In this document: positions 41,356-50,253 of the stretch, one piece after another | How the letters are laid out: the number at the start of each line of letters is the position of its first letter | Position numbering within the stretch: the first letter of the stretch is position 1 | Assembly (NCBI GenBank): GCA_040285745.1 | Contig: JAUFOR010000008.1 | Span: forward strand, 1,240,001-1,304,000 | Length of the DNA stretch: 64,000 nt | Direction of reading: 5' to 3' | From: Barthelona sp. PCE | Lineage: Eukaryota | The notes under the pieces: generated by a model | Told to the model about the DNA's origin: nothing | Database searches by the model: none | The model's input: only the letters and a program-made list of their open reading frames with translations | Position numbers and translations under genes: made by a program

Positions 41356-43740
41356 ATGTCCGTTATGACTCTTATTACCCTTTTACAATTTTCGATTGCT
41401 GACTTCTCAGCAAGCAGCCTCTGTAATCACCTTCGAGGCTGTTTAACAAACAATAACGATTACAAACCTAATATCCACAAGGTGCAGTGCATTAGCAACT
41501 CAGATCTTTGTTTGGATAAATTTTCTTCCCTATTTACCGACTGGGACGACTATGGTGATCTCGATGATGGCATTACACGCGAGATATACCTGTTTTTTGC
41601 TGCTAATTCAGATGAGTTAGTTCTTGCTCTGTTACCTTCTTTAGAAGTGGATTTTTTCAGTGGATTACCTCCTAACAATGAGGTTTTTGCTCGTATAATG
41701 CGAGAATTGGCCCTGATTCCGTACGGATCACACCCTACCTGCTTTCTTGGAAAAACTGAAATACCCTTTGACGATGTTCTTGAAAAAGCCAAGCCAATCA
41801 GCACATGTTGCATTGAATATTCTCAGCCACAGCGCTTTACACTGATAGATGACCCTTCTACCTCAATGGATATCTCTCAAGCGCTTATAACATCTACTAG
41901 TATCAAGCTAACAGTGCAGAGCACCGATTTTTACCGGTGTTGTTACCTCATTGCTTTCTGTCAGAAGAATCAGCGCTCCGTTACTAATCAAAACGATGTT
42001 TATGCAAAATTAGCCTCTGCCTTGCATAATAAGTGCTTTTCCAGCGTTAGCGAACTTAAAGCATGGAATATCAGCACATTCTGGGCAAAAAAAAAAAAAT
42101 TTCTTCACTCTGGGAGGTTTTGCATTCGTAATCAAGTTGCAATTATGCTTAATATATCTTGTGCCTATCTCTGCCTCGGTGATATCAGCCGCAATCAAGC
42201 TGTTGCTGATTTTTTGAAAGGCAATTTTAAATGCACGGAGTGGAATGTAAGCGTTCGCCCAAAGTTTTCTACCAATGTTTTGGAGCTGAAAATGAAGTTC
42301 CCTTTGTGCTCAAACAATTCCAACTTTTTGGATTATCTAGCAAGCAATGGTTGTTTTGATGACTACATTGTTACTGAATTTTCTGGCATTTTTCCGAAGA
42401 AGTTTTTAACTTGCAAAACATCATTTAGTCCCGAAAATCTTCTGAAATGGCAGAGAAATATCTTAAAGAATAGCTTTGATCAACGTTTGAAGCAGCTTTT
42501 TTGGGATAATACCTCTGCTGAGTGCCGTGAATTAATGAACAACTATTTCCTCCCTGAACACATTCGTTCAGCAAAACTTTCCGATATTACCATAGACTCA
42601 TCACACTTTCCATTTTTTCAAAACCATTCAATACGAAATGTTGTTCACTTCACTGAATGTATGGGAAATAAGGTTGCTGGTCAACTCGTGAAGTCTATCA
42701 ATATGGATGCTGTGAGTGTTATAAATCTCAGAGACAAAGACTTAAAGCTTCAATCATCCAACTCACAAAGCGTTGAACTCTGTGATATAGCTGAGTTCAA
42801 AGATGGACTGCTTTTCCTGCACATGGTTAAGAACATTAAAAAATGCAGGGAAGTCATTCCTCAAACAGCAAAAGTGATTAGCCTCTTTCAAACAGAGCCC
42901 ACCAGATTTCTTTCTGTGTTGAAGTCTGTACTGCTGACTGCAGGTGCCAGCAAAGTTGGTGGTTTTGATTTCGAGTTGATTGATGCGCTTGAGCTGAAGG
43001 ATATTCGATTTGTAGTCAGTCTTTTTGGATTAAGGACCGAACTCTCCACGGACTGTATATCTTTGTTGTTGACGCTGAACACTGCTTCTGGTGGCCTTGT
43101 CCATGTAACGCACTTGCCAACTCAGGAACAAGTCTACGTGTACGGTAGTGTTCCTTCAAGAACTGATGTTTTCCACTTCAGTCGTAGTCTAGATCATGTG
43201 GACAACTGGACAACTCTCAAGCAAGTTACGCTGATCTGCAGGCTTCTTTATGATTTCGATGTGTTTTCGTGTCCAAAGTACGGAAATTTGGAAGTGAGGG
43301 ATATTATGTATTACTCTGATGATATCATTAATGATGATGATGTGATTATGCTGCTTTTCTGTGTCCAGCTGCAGGGTAGGGAAGAACAGTACTATGTTCC
43401 ATTGTTTAAGCTGAAAGGTTACCATTTCGCATTCAACAATCACTCAATTCCATTGATTTCAACCAATTCGTTCAATGCAAGCTGCCAATCCTTGGCAGAA
43501 GCAGCAAAGACATCTTTTAAGGAGATGTATAAACAATCAACGGAGAATATTCAAGTAACTTATGCTGGTTATGTACCGCACGGGAAATGCCAACATTTTA
43601 CTGCGCTTGAACCGTTCAAGTTGCGCAGCGTGCGACCCTTATCTTGCGCATCTGCACATAAGAAGGCGAATAGACAGAACCGACGTACTAAACTACGTGC
43701 ATCAAAGTGTGCATCTCGTAGATCGATGCGATCTATGTGA
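41356..43740 (+). CDS. Diverged tandem paralog (794 aa) of the preceding gene
   Basis: LRDKD…VELCDIAE…LHMVKN…VIPQ, plus shared YYVPLF/QFIPFM and PFKL C-terminal motifs. Confidence 0.55.
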   Translation: MSVMTLITLLQFSIADFSASSLCNHLRGCLTNNNDYKPNIHKVQCISNSDLCLDKFSSLFTDWDDYGDLDDGITREIYLFFAANSDELVLALLPSLEVDFFSGLPPNNEVFARIMRELALIPYGSHPTCFLGKTEIPFDDVLEKAKPISTCCIEYSQPQRFTLIDDPSTSMDISQALITSTSIKLTVQSTDFYRCCYLIAFCQKNQRSVTNQNDVYAKLASALHNKCFSSVSELKAWNISTFWAKKKKFLHSGRFCIRNQVAIMLNISCAYLCLGDISRNQAVADFLKGNFKCTEWNVSVRPKFSTNVLELKMKFPLCSNNSNFLDYLASNGCFDDYIVTEFSGIFPKKFLTCKTSFSPENLLKWQRNILKNSFDQRLKQLFWDNTSAECRELMNNYFLPEHIRSAKLSDITIDSSHFPFFQNHSIRNVVHFTECMGNKVAGQLVKSINMDAVSVINLRDKDLKLQSSNSQSVELCDIAEFKDGLLFLHMVKNIKKCREVIPQTAKVISLFQTEPTRFLSVLKSVLLTAGASKVGGFDFELIDALELKDIRFVVSLFGLRTELSTDCISLLLTLNTASGGLVHVTHLPTQEQVYVYGSVPSRTDVFHFSRSLDHVDNWTTLKQVTLICRLLYDFDVFSCPKYGNLEVRDIMYYSDDIINDDDVIMLLFCVQLQGREEQYYVPLFKLKGYHFAFNNHSIPLISTNSFNASCQSLAEAAKTSFKEMYKQSTENIQVTYAGYVPHGKCQHFTALEPFKLRSVRPLSCASAHKKANRQNRRTKLRASKCASRRSMRSM

Positions 43741-43901
43741 TGGACTGTGAGGCAAGTAGTTTACTTCGTGGGTGTGATTAGGATTGTTTCCTTCCGCAAC
43801 TGTCTGTTTATAAGTAAATATTTATTTTTATATAAAACCTTTTTTCAAATAAGTACACTGAGAGGCACCCACATGGGTCTATAAGCTTTATTAAGCACAG
43901 A

Positions 43902-44366
43902 TTAGCAACGTTGCTGTCTGACACCGTGCTTGAAGATATAGAAGAAGGGGACGGTCTCGCCAGCCTCGTTCTCCTTCCATTCAGAAAAGACAATGGAACC
44001 TTCCTCGTTCATAGACTCACCAGTGTAGAACTCCAAATCGGAAGCCTTGCCCAGAATAAACTTGGCAGCGGCAGGGGCCTTGGCCATGAAGTCGGCAACC
44101 TCATCGTTCCTACCCTCGCCCTCGAGTGTCTCCTTAACCTTACGCATGAAGGCCTTAATGTAGCTCTTAAGCTGCTTCTTGTTGAAACCAGTAGAAACCA
44201 GACGGTTGTAGTGGACAATGTTAATGATTTGTTCATCTTCATCATCGGGGTTGGTAGTCATGGCACCCTCGAACTGCAAAATAGCACCATCACAGAGTTC
44301 CTGGTGGGGAAAAGCATCGGTGCATAGTTCGTCACCTTCAGCTATGATGCAAGTATAAAGAATCAT
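43902..44366 (-). CDS. TCTP: Translationally controlled tumour protein
   Basis: MILYTCIIAEGDELCTDAFP, INIVHYNRL, FYTGESMN, FKHGV. Confidence 0.93.
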   Translation of the reverse strand: MILYTCIIAEGDELCTDAFPHQELCDGAILQFEGAMTTNPDDEDEQIINIVHYNRLVSTGFNKKQLKSYIKAFMRKVKETLEGEGRNDEVADFMAKAPAAAKFILGKASDLEFYTGESMNEEGSIVFSEWKENEAGETVPFFYIFKHGVRQQRC

Positions 44367-44665
44367 TGTACTTATAAGTTAAACAAACGAAAAAGGTTGA
44401 ATAATGTAGAAGAAGGAAAAAAAATTAAACTTCTTTGTAAAACGACATAATTTCTACATTCACGAGACAAAGCAACTCAATACGCCAGTTTCAACAGTGA
44501 AGATATGCAAAATGCAAACATATAGAGAAGAATTTCTTTAAGAGTATCCAAACAAGATTCTATTAACATGTAGACTCACAATTTCCCATATCATATGGAA
44601 AAAATGTCAAATTTACTGTTTAAAAAATCATTTAAAATGTTAAAGCATTTTAAACTCAATTTACT

Positions 44666-45262
44666 TAGAAACAGAATTTTTTTAAGCATGGGTAAAAAGT
44701 TTGAGGCGTTTTTCAAAGAATCTAGCAAAAAAAGAGCTGCAGAATCAGGAATTGGTATCGTTCACGAATGACCCTAATACGAAGATTCTGCAATTGATCT
44801 TCAAGAGATAATTTAACAGAACGTATGCAGGTGTATTTCAATTTCTCACCTCGTAGGAGGTTGTAAATTTACTTCGGAGTTAGACACTTGTACGGGAGTT
44901 GCGAGCTCCCTCGAGTGCTGTGCTTGCACTGAGAATTGTTCTAGAGCCCTTTTTTTTAAATAAAAGGGGAGAAAGAAATGATGTAAGTACTCACAGAGTA
45001 CAAGAGGGAAGATCGCGTGTCTACTCCTCAGTAGATTTACTCCTACGAAATAGCGTGTTATTCACAAGCGTGCCATTTTAAGGTTTCCTATTTATTTTAT
45101 TTGTACTATTTAGTAATTGAAATACTACTATTTTCAGATGTATGTTCCAAACTGTGAAGAAGGTACCCGTTTGCGGCACCATATCCGAACTTAGATCTCT
45201 GTAAAGAATCTGTTTATTCTCCCTTACTACCCGTTAACATGGATGAGACTGGAAGAAAATCA
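44666..45262. ncRNA. Candidate structured non-coding element, copy B (branched hairpin core at 44851-45048)
   Basis: Same flanking blocks as 10676-11229; TCGTAGGAG…CTCCTACGA outer stem with several nested helices. Confidence 0.6.
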
Positions 45263-45541
45263 ACAATTGAAACACTGTAATTTTTTTTCCAGATGTTAAA
45301 GTACACACTTCTCTGTTACCAAAAGTGTAAGTGAGAATGTTGAGTCAATTTTCTGACTAACTATCATCTTACTTAAAAGAAGTCAATAATTTAAGAACAG
45401 GTTTCCCTATAATCAAATATGCAACATTAAATGTAAAAAATCCTTTCTATTGTGGCACTTAATTCTTCAAATCAAGCAAAATTTTTACCAGTACAACAAA
45501 AGTTGGTGGAATACGTTTTATCACCCCCTTATCTTATTAAA

Positions 45542-46552
45542 ATGATTTATGCTGTCAACGCGTGTATAAACTTCGCTATTCTCGTCTTGACATCGGTCTA
45601 CTCCATCTTTATCATTCACAAGCTGAAGAGCCGAAATGAAAATCCTCTCACAAAGTTTTCTGCAAGCGCTAAAATAACGGCTTCGATTGTACTCATCATT
45701 TCAGCCTTTGTTCTAGTTGTAGTATTTGTGTTAGACTTTTTTAACTTCACAACACTTTTCTTCCTTTGTTTGATTGCAGCAATCGGTATCCCTGCTGTTA
45801 TGCTCTTCATATTCTATCCCCTCTCAACGATTTTAACCAGCAAAAAGATTAAAATTCCAGGTCTTGGACAGGTATTTATTGCAAACACTGTTGGTTTCTT
45901 TATTTCTGCAGCAATCATTGCGGTTTTCCTCGTGTACAGGAAGAATGAGTTCATCATAATGTTTGTTGTATGCTCAATTTGTTGTTATTTCATTTCCAAT
46001 CTAAATTTTGCATCTACATTATCACTTTTCGTCTTTGTTAGTGTATTCTCAATCTACGAGCTCATTCAGTACAACCTCACCCCTTCGAAGCACCTTTGCT
46101 CCATTGCCTGTGAGTGGGACACATACCCTCCCGTATTGCCTACATCTCTCTACCTTTCCATTCAGGGTACATCTGCCTTCAGTATCACGTCAGTGATCGT
46201 CACGGGTGCGGTCCTTGCCCACTTCCGAAAGCTTGACGAGAAGCTCAACGGTAGATTCCTCATTAAGGGTTACGTAGGGTTGTGTGTAGCATTTGCTGCA
46301 GGTTTATCTTTGGCAATGTATACCAATCACGGCTTGCCCTTCCTGCCCTTCTCTGCCGTCATGCTGCTCATCGTCCTTGTTTTGGAGAATGTGAGTTTGA
46401 GAAAGCGTGGAAAAGTACACAAAACTTTGGATAAGGTGGAGACGAACAAACTAGTTACAGAAGCTGAAATGGATCCTATTAGTATTGAAATCGAGGTTCA
46501 GAGCGATGTTGAAGTGGAGGACGATATTTCAGAAATTTCAAAACATCGTTAA
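45542..46552 (+). CDS. Signal-peptide-peptidase/presenilin-like membrane protein lacking the catalytic motifs
   Basis: Multi-pass topology with FSIYEL, LPTSL, FSITSVIVTG and HGLPFL at the positions of YD, LPxKL, LGxGD and QPAL. Confidence 0.6.
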   Translation: MIYAVNACINFAILVLTSVYSIFIIHKLKSRNENPLTKFSASAKITASIVLIISAFVLVVVFVLDFFNFTTLFFLCLIAAIGIPAVMLFIFYPLSTILTSKKIKIPGLGQVFIANTVGFFISAAIIAVFLVYRKNEFIIMFVVCSICCYFISNLNFASTLSLFVFVSVFSIYELIQYNLTPSKHLCSIACEWDTYPPVLPTSLYLSIQGTSAFSITSVIVTGAVLAHFRKLDEKLNGRFLIKGYVGLCVAFAAGLSLAMYTNHGLPFLPFSAVMLLIVLVLENVSLRKRGKVHKTLDKVETNKLVTEAEMDPISIEIEVQSDVEVEDDISEISKHR

Positions 46553-46588
46553 TGATTTTGATAGTAAAAACATTTTTAAATCAATAAT

Positions 46589-47137
46589 TTACTCAGAACC
46601 TCGATTAACTATGGTGTCCATAAGTATCGTGTCCATTCCAATCTCGTACTCAGCATATTCTAGTCGCTTAGCGCGTTTTAGGAATAAAATATTTGCTGTC
46701 GGACAAGCAATCATCCTATTAAAAGGGACTTCTTGCTTCTCGGTGGTGCTCTCGTGCTCGTGTGTGGGGAAAAACTCAACACGTGCTGTTGTTTCTGATG
46801 GAAAACTCTTACAAATACCTCTGTACAATGCGGTGGTGTATACTTTCTCATCTTCAAGGTAATACTGTGCCATAACCAAATCACCAACTTCTACGTCGAT
46901 TTCCCAGCTCAGTGGCATGAGGAAGCTACCTGGGAGTGTGATAATCGGTTGTTCTTTATCGTGCGGATCGCGAAGATAGAAAACACCTTCGCTGTCGTCA
47001 TAATCCACCACCTGGAAGGTGCTGTAGCCCTCAATGTCAGAACCAACAAAATATGGTGCTGCTACAATTGTGTTTGTGGGAAAAGGCTGTACGTTTGAAG
47101 CCTGTGCTGATTTCTTGCTTGATGATGCTTTTGGCAT
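46589..47137 (-). CDS. SGF29-like tandem Tudor protein
   Basis: FQVVDYD…FYLRDP and GDLVMAQY…TTALYRG. Confidence 0.55.
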   Translation of the reverse strand: MPKASSSKKSAQASNVQPFPTNTIVAAPYFVGSDIEGYSTFQVVDYDDSEGVFYLRDPHDKEQPIITLPGSFLMPLSWEIDVEVGDLVMAQYYLEDEKVYTTALYRGICKSFPSETTARVEFFPTHEHESTTEKQEVPFNRMIACPTANILFLKRAKRLEYAEYEIGMDTILMDTIVNRGSE

Positions 47138-47320
47138 TTGCTAATCTTCAGAAATTGAGTGAATACCCAGGAATAAATGCAAGAAAGGGATCAATTTATG
47201 AAAACAAGAAACAATTGGCCTTAAACACCGAACTTGGGTTCCATCTGGATGCAGATACCACAATACCATATTTTTCGCTTGTTAAGGTGGTAATACAAAT
47301 AAGTCCCATATCTCACTTCG

Positions 47321-48175
47321 ATGATAACATTCTTTGGTGTTTTTGCATTTACAACCGTCCTTCTTTTGGGTATCATTGGCGGATTCCTTCCCCTACTTGT
47401 TTACAAGTGTGTAACCCCAAGCAGAATTGATTCATTTACTGCAAAGGCAAACCTCTTTGCCGGTGGTGTATTTCTCTCCGCAGCTTTTGTCCACCTCCTC
47501 CCCGACGCATTCGAAGAGCTCACTGAACTCACTGAAAATGCACCATTTAATGTCAGTGGAGTCATTCTCTTCTTCTCTTTCCTTTTTATCATGATCCTGG
47601 ATCAGAGCACCCACGGAAGCGCGCACGGCCACAAGGATAAGGTGGAGATTGATATTGAGGAAGAGCACAGCCACAATGATTTATTGCTAACTACAAAAGG
47701 CGAGGCTTCAAACAGTGGTATACTGCTAGCAGTACTACTCAGTGTGCACTCGCTTTTTGCTGGTCTCTCACTTGGTCTTACAAGCGACACAGGTGCATAT
47801 GCAATTCTTATTGCCATTTACGCCCATAAAGGAACAGCTGCGTTCTCTCTGGGCATCGCCCTAGACCCCTTCACCACTTCCCGCAAGACATACTCCAGAA
47901 TAATCCTTGCTTTTAGTGCCTGTACCCCAGTTGGGATCGCACTAGGTATTTTCTTGAAGACACTCTTTGAGGAATATACCACCGTCGTCACCTGGTTCAG
48001 TGGCGTCGGCTCAATCATTGCTTGTGCCACGTTCCTTTATGTCGGAATCATTGAGCTAATCATGCCATACTACAAGAAGAAAATTTCTGCTGCAAAGAGC
48101 GGTTTTTACATTGTGCTCGGTGGTATTGTTATGATCATCGTTGCCATTCTTGAATCTGTTTATGGAGATGAATAA
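47321..48175 (+). CDS. ZIP-family zinc/iron transporter
   Basis: FAGGVFLSAAFVHLLPDA, His-rich loop, LSVHSLFAGLSLG, AHKGTAAFSLG. Confidence 0.92.
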   Translation: MITFFGVFAFTTVLLLGIIGGFLPLLVYKCVTPSRIDSFTAKANLFAGGVFLSAAFVHLLPDAFEELTELTENAPFNVSGVILFFSFLFIMILDQSTHGSAHGHKDKVEIDIEEEHSHNDLLLTTKGEASNSGILLAVLLSVHSLFAGLSLGLTSDTGAYAILIAIYAHKGTAAFSLGIALDPFTTSRKTYSRIILAFSACTPVGIALGIFLKTLFEEYTTVVTWFSGVGSIIACATFLYVGIIELIMPYYKKKISAAKSGFYIVLGGIVMIIVAILESVYGDE

Positions 48176-48186
48176 TTCTATTATAA

Positions 48187-48497
48187 CTACTGGTCTTTCT
48201 GGTTGTTTAATGATGTCACAATCTCCTCAAGCTCGTTGATACGTGAATTCATACCGTCAACTTAATGTTAGTCTGTTACAAAAAAAAATCGCAACTTCCT
48301 TTCCCTTGTCAATAACACAGTAAATTGAATCGCAATCCCTGTGCAAAGTGAGAAGAGTGCATCTTTAAAACCATACTTTTGCTTAAAATGGTGTCAGCCA
48401 TGTTTTGAAAACGCTGCTTCATCTCGTTCAATGTATCTTCAACGACGCGATCCAGGTCCTGGGCAGTCTCGATCTTTTTGTCCTCTGGGCTCGACAT
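48187..48497 (-). CDS. HSBP1: Heat shock factor binding protein 1-like, 64 aa, two exons (48497-48377, 48260-48187)
   Basis: Spliced product AQDLDRVVEDTLNEMKQRFQNMADTILSKIDGMNSRINELEEIV follows the HSBP1 pattern. Confidence 0.85.
48261..48376 (-). other. Spliceosomal intron (116 nt) in HSBP1
   Basis: GTATGG…GACTAACATTAAG; removal restores the conserved frame. Confidence 0.85.
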
Positions 48498-48547
48498 CTA
48501 TATATAATGCTGTGATAAGGTGATTATTTTCCTTTGCAACTTTAAAA

Positions 48548-50200
48548 ATGATTTCTCGCTTGCACAATGGTTGTGTGCGGAGCAGGGGGCTTATGCGGGG
48601 GCTCGCCGGCGTAAAATCTACACAAAATGTCTTGTTTGGGGAAGATGCCATTCAGCAACTAAAGGTTGGCGTTGACTGTATCCATAATGCTGTGGCTTCA
48701 ACGCTCGGGCCCAGGGGCAGGAACGTCCTCATTGACACAGAATACTTCCCACGGGTCACCAAAGACGGGTACACGGTTGCTCAGAATCTCACGCTTTCGG
48801 ATCGCTTCCCCAACATGGCTGTGAGCCTGATAAAGCAGGCTGCCCTGAAAACAAACACTGAAGCCGGTGACGGAACAACAACCGCCACGATTCTTGCGTG
48901 TTCGATCTTCAACGAAGCGCAGAAGCGTATTTCGTCTGGTTGCCATCCTGTAGAGCTCCGCCGTGGCATCGAGCGTGCCGTGGCAGTCGCAGAGAAGGTG
49001 TTGAATGATCTTAAAAGACCACTTTCCAAGGAGCACACAGAAACTATTGCTTACATATCATGTGGTGATGACCCTTCATTAACTGCACTTCTGATGGAGG
49101 CGTTCGATGCAGTGGGTCCTGACGGGGTCGTACACGTCGAACGTGGTAATGAGTTTAAGGTTGACGTCGCTGAGGGTTTCATTTATCCATCAGGGCCATT
49201 ACCGCATGTTTTACACAATAGCGCGACTGTATCCGTAGACAAGGCGCTCATCGTCGCTACTGGAGACCCCATAAACAGGGTCGATGAGATCGTGCCACTT
49301 TTACAAAAGCTCCACTCAACAAAAAAATCGTGCTTACTGATTGCACCTGACTTTGCCGACGATGTGAAGACGACACTGCTGGTAAATAGAGTGAGGGGTA
49401 CAGTTGACGTTATTCCAGTCAAAGCAGTCGGGTATGGATCAAAGCAGGTGCTCCAGCTGGAAGACTTGTGCTCAGCTACAGGCGCCATGCTCATATCCAG
49501 AGCGGATGACGGGTCCCTGGAGTCTCTCAAGGACGAGCACTTTGGTTTGGTGGAGCGGGCGATTATATCTCCAAGTCAGATTGCATTGACCCCATCCTCA
49601 AACGAAGATATAGCGTCTGCCGTCACAGAAAGGGTGCAAGAGCTGCAGAAGGAGCTGGAAACAACAGAAATGGAGTACGACAAAACACTAATTCAAATGC
49701 GACTGGGTCGCCTTCGTGGATGCACAGCGACAATCACAGTTGGCGGACTGTCGGACGTCGATGTCGACGAGAAGAAGGATAGGCTGGTCGATGCTGTTCA
49801 TGCCGTTCACGTAGCTTCGAAAGAGGGTGTCGTGCCTGGTGGCGGTGCCACACTACTGCTTGCAGCCCAGAAGGTGCGTGATGAGCTCGGCAAGGCAAGG
49901 ACATTCGATGAAAGAGGAGGAATGGAAGCGGTCGAGAGCGCCTTACGCCAGCCGATCATGAGACTATGTAAGAACGCCAATATTGACGCTGGGCTCATTA
50001 TGCAGCGCATCACCGCAGCAGTAACGCCAGGAGACGTGGTTTACGATGCTGAAAATGGCGTGTTTGGAAACCCTTATGAAATAGGAGTTTTGGATCCCGT
50101 AGCCGTCGAGTTAGCTGCATTGAGGAACGCAGCATCTGTCAGCGGTACACTTGTCACGGCATCAACAATCATTTCAAAGCCACAGAATAATGAGGAGTAA
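48548..50200 (+). CDS. cpn60: Chaperonin 60 (mitochondrial/MRO type), divergent
   Basis: STLGPRGRNV, VTKDGYTVA, EAGDGTTTAT, EKKDRLVDA, GVVPGGG; Arg-rich N-terminal extension. Confidence 0.93.
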   Translation: MISRLHNGCVRSRGLMRGLAGVKSTQNVLFGEDAIQQLKVGVDCIHNAVASTLGPRGRNVLIDTEYFPRVTKDGYTVAQNLTLSDRFPNMAVSLIKQAALKTNTEAGDGTTTATILACSIFNEAQKRISSGCHPVELRRGIERAVAVAEKVLNDLKRPLSKEHTETIAYISCGDDPSLTALLMEAFDAVGPDGVVHVERGNEFKVDVAEGFIYPSGPLPHVLHNSATVSVDKALIVATGDPINRVDEIVPLLQKLHSTKKSCLLIAPDFADDVKTTLLVNRVRGTVDVIPVKAVGYGSKQVLQLEDLCSATGAMLISRADDGSLESLKDEHFGLVERAIISPSQIALTPSSNEDIASAVTERVQELQKELETTEMEYDKTLIQMRLGRLRGCTATITVGGLSDVDVDEKKDRLVDAVHAVHVASKEGVVPGGGATLLLAAQKVRDELGKARTFDERGGMEAVESALRQPIMRLCKNANIDAGLIMQRITAAVTPGDVVYDAENGVFGNPYEIGVLDPVAVELAALRNAASVSGTLVTASTIISKPQNNEE

Positions 50201-50253
50201 AGTTAGATATTGATGCAGGTGTATTACCAATTTCTTCCTTTTTCTCAACTTCT

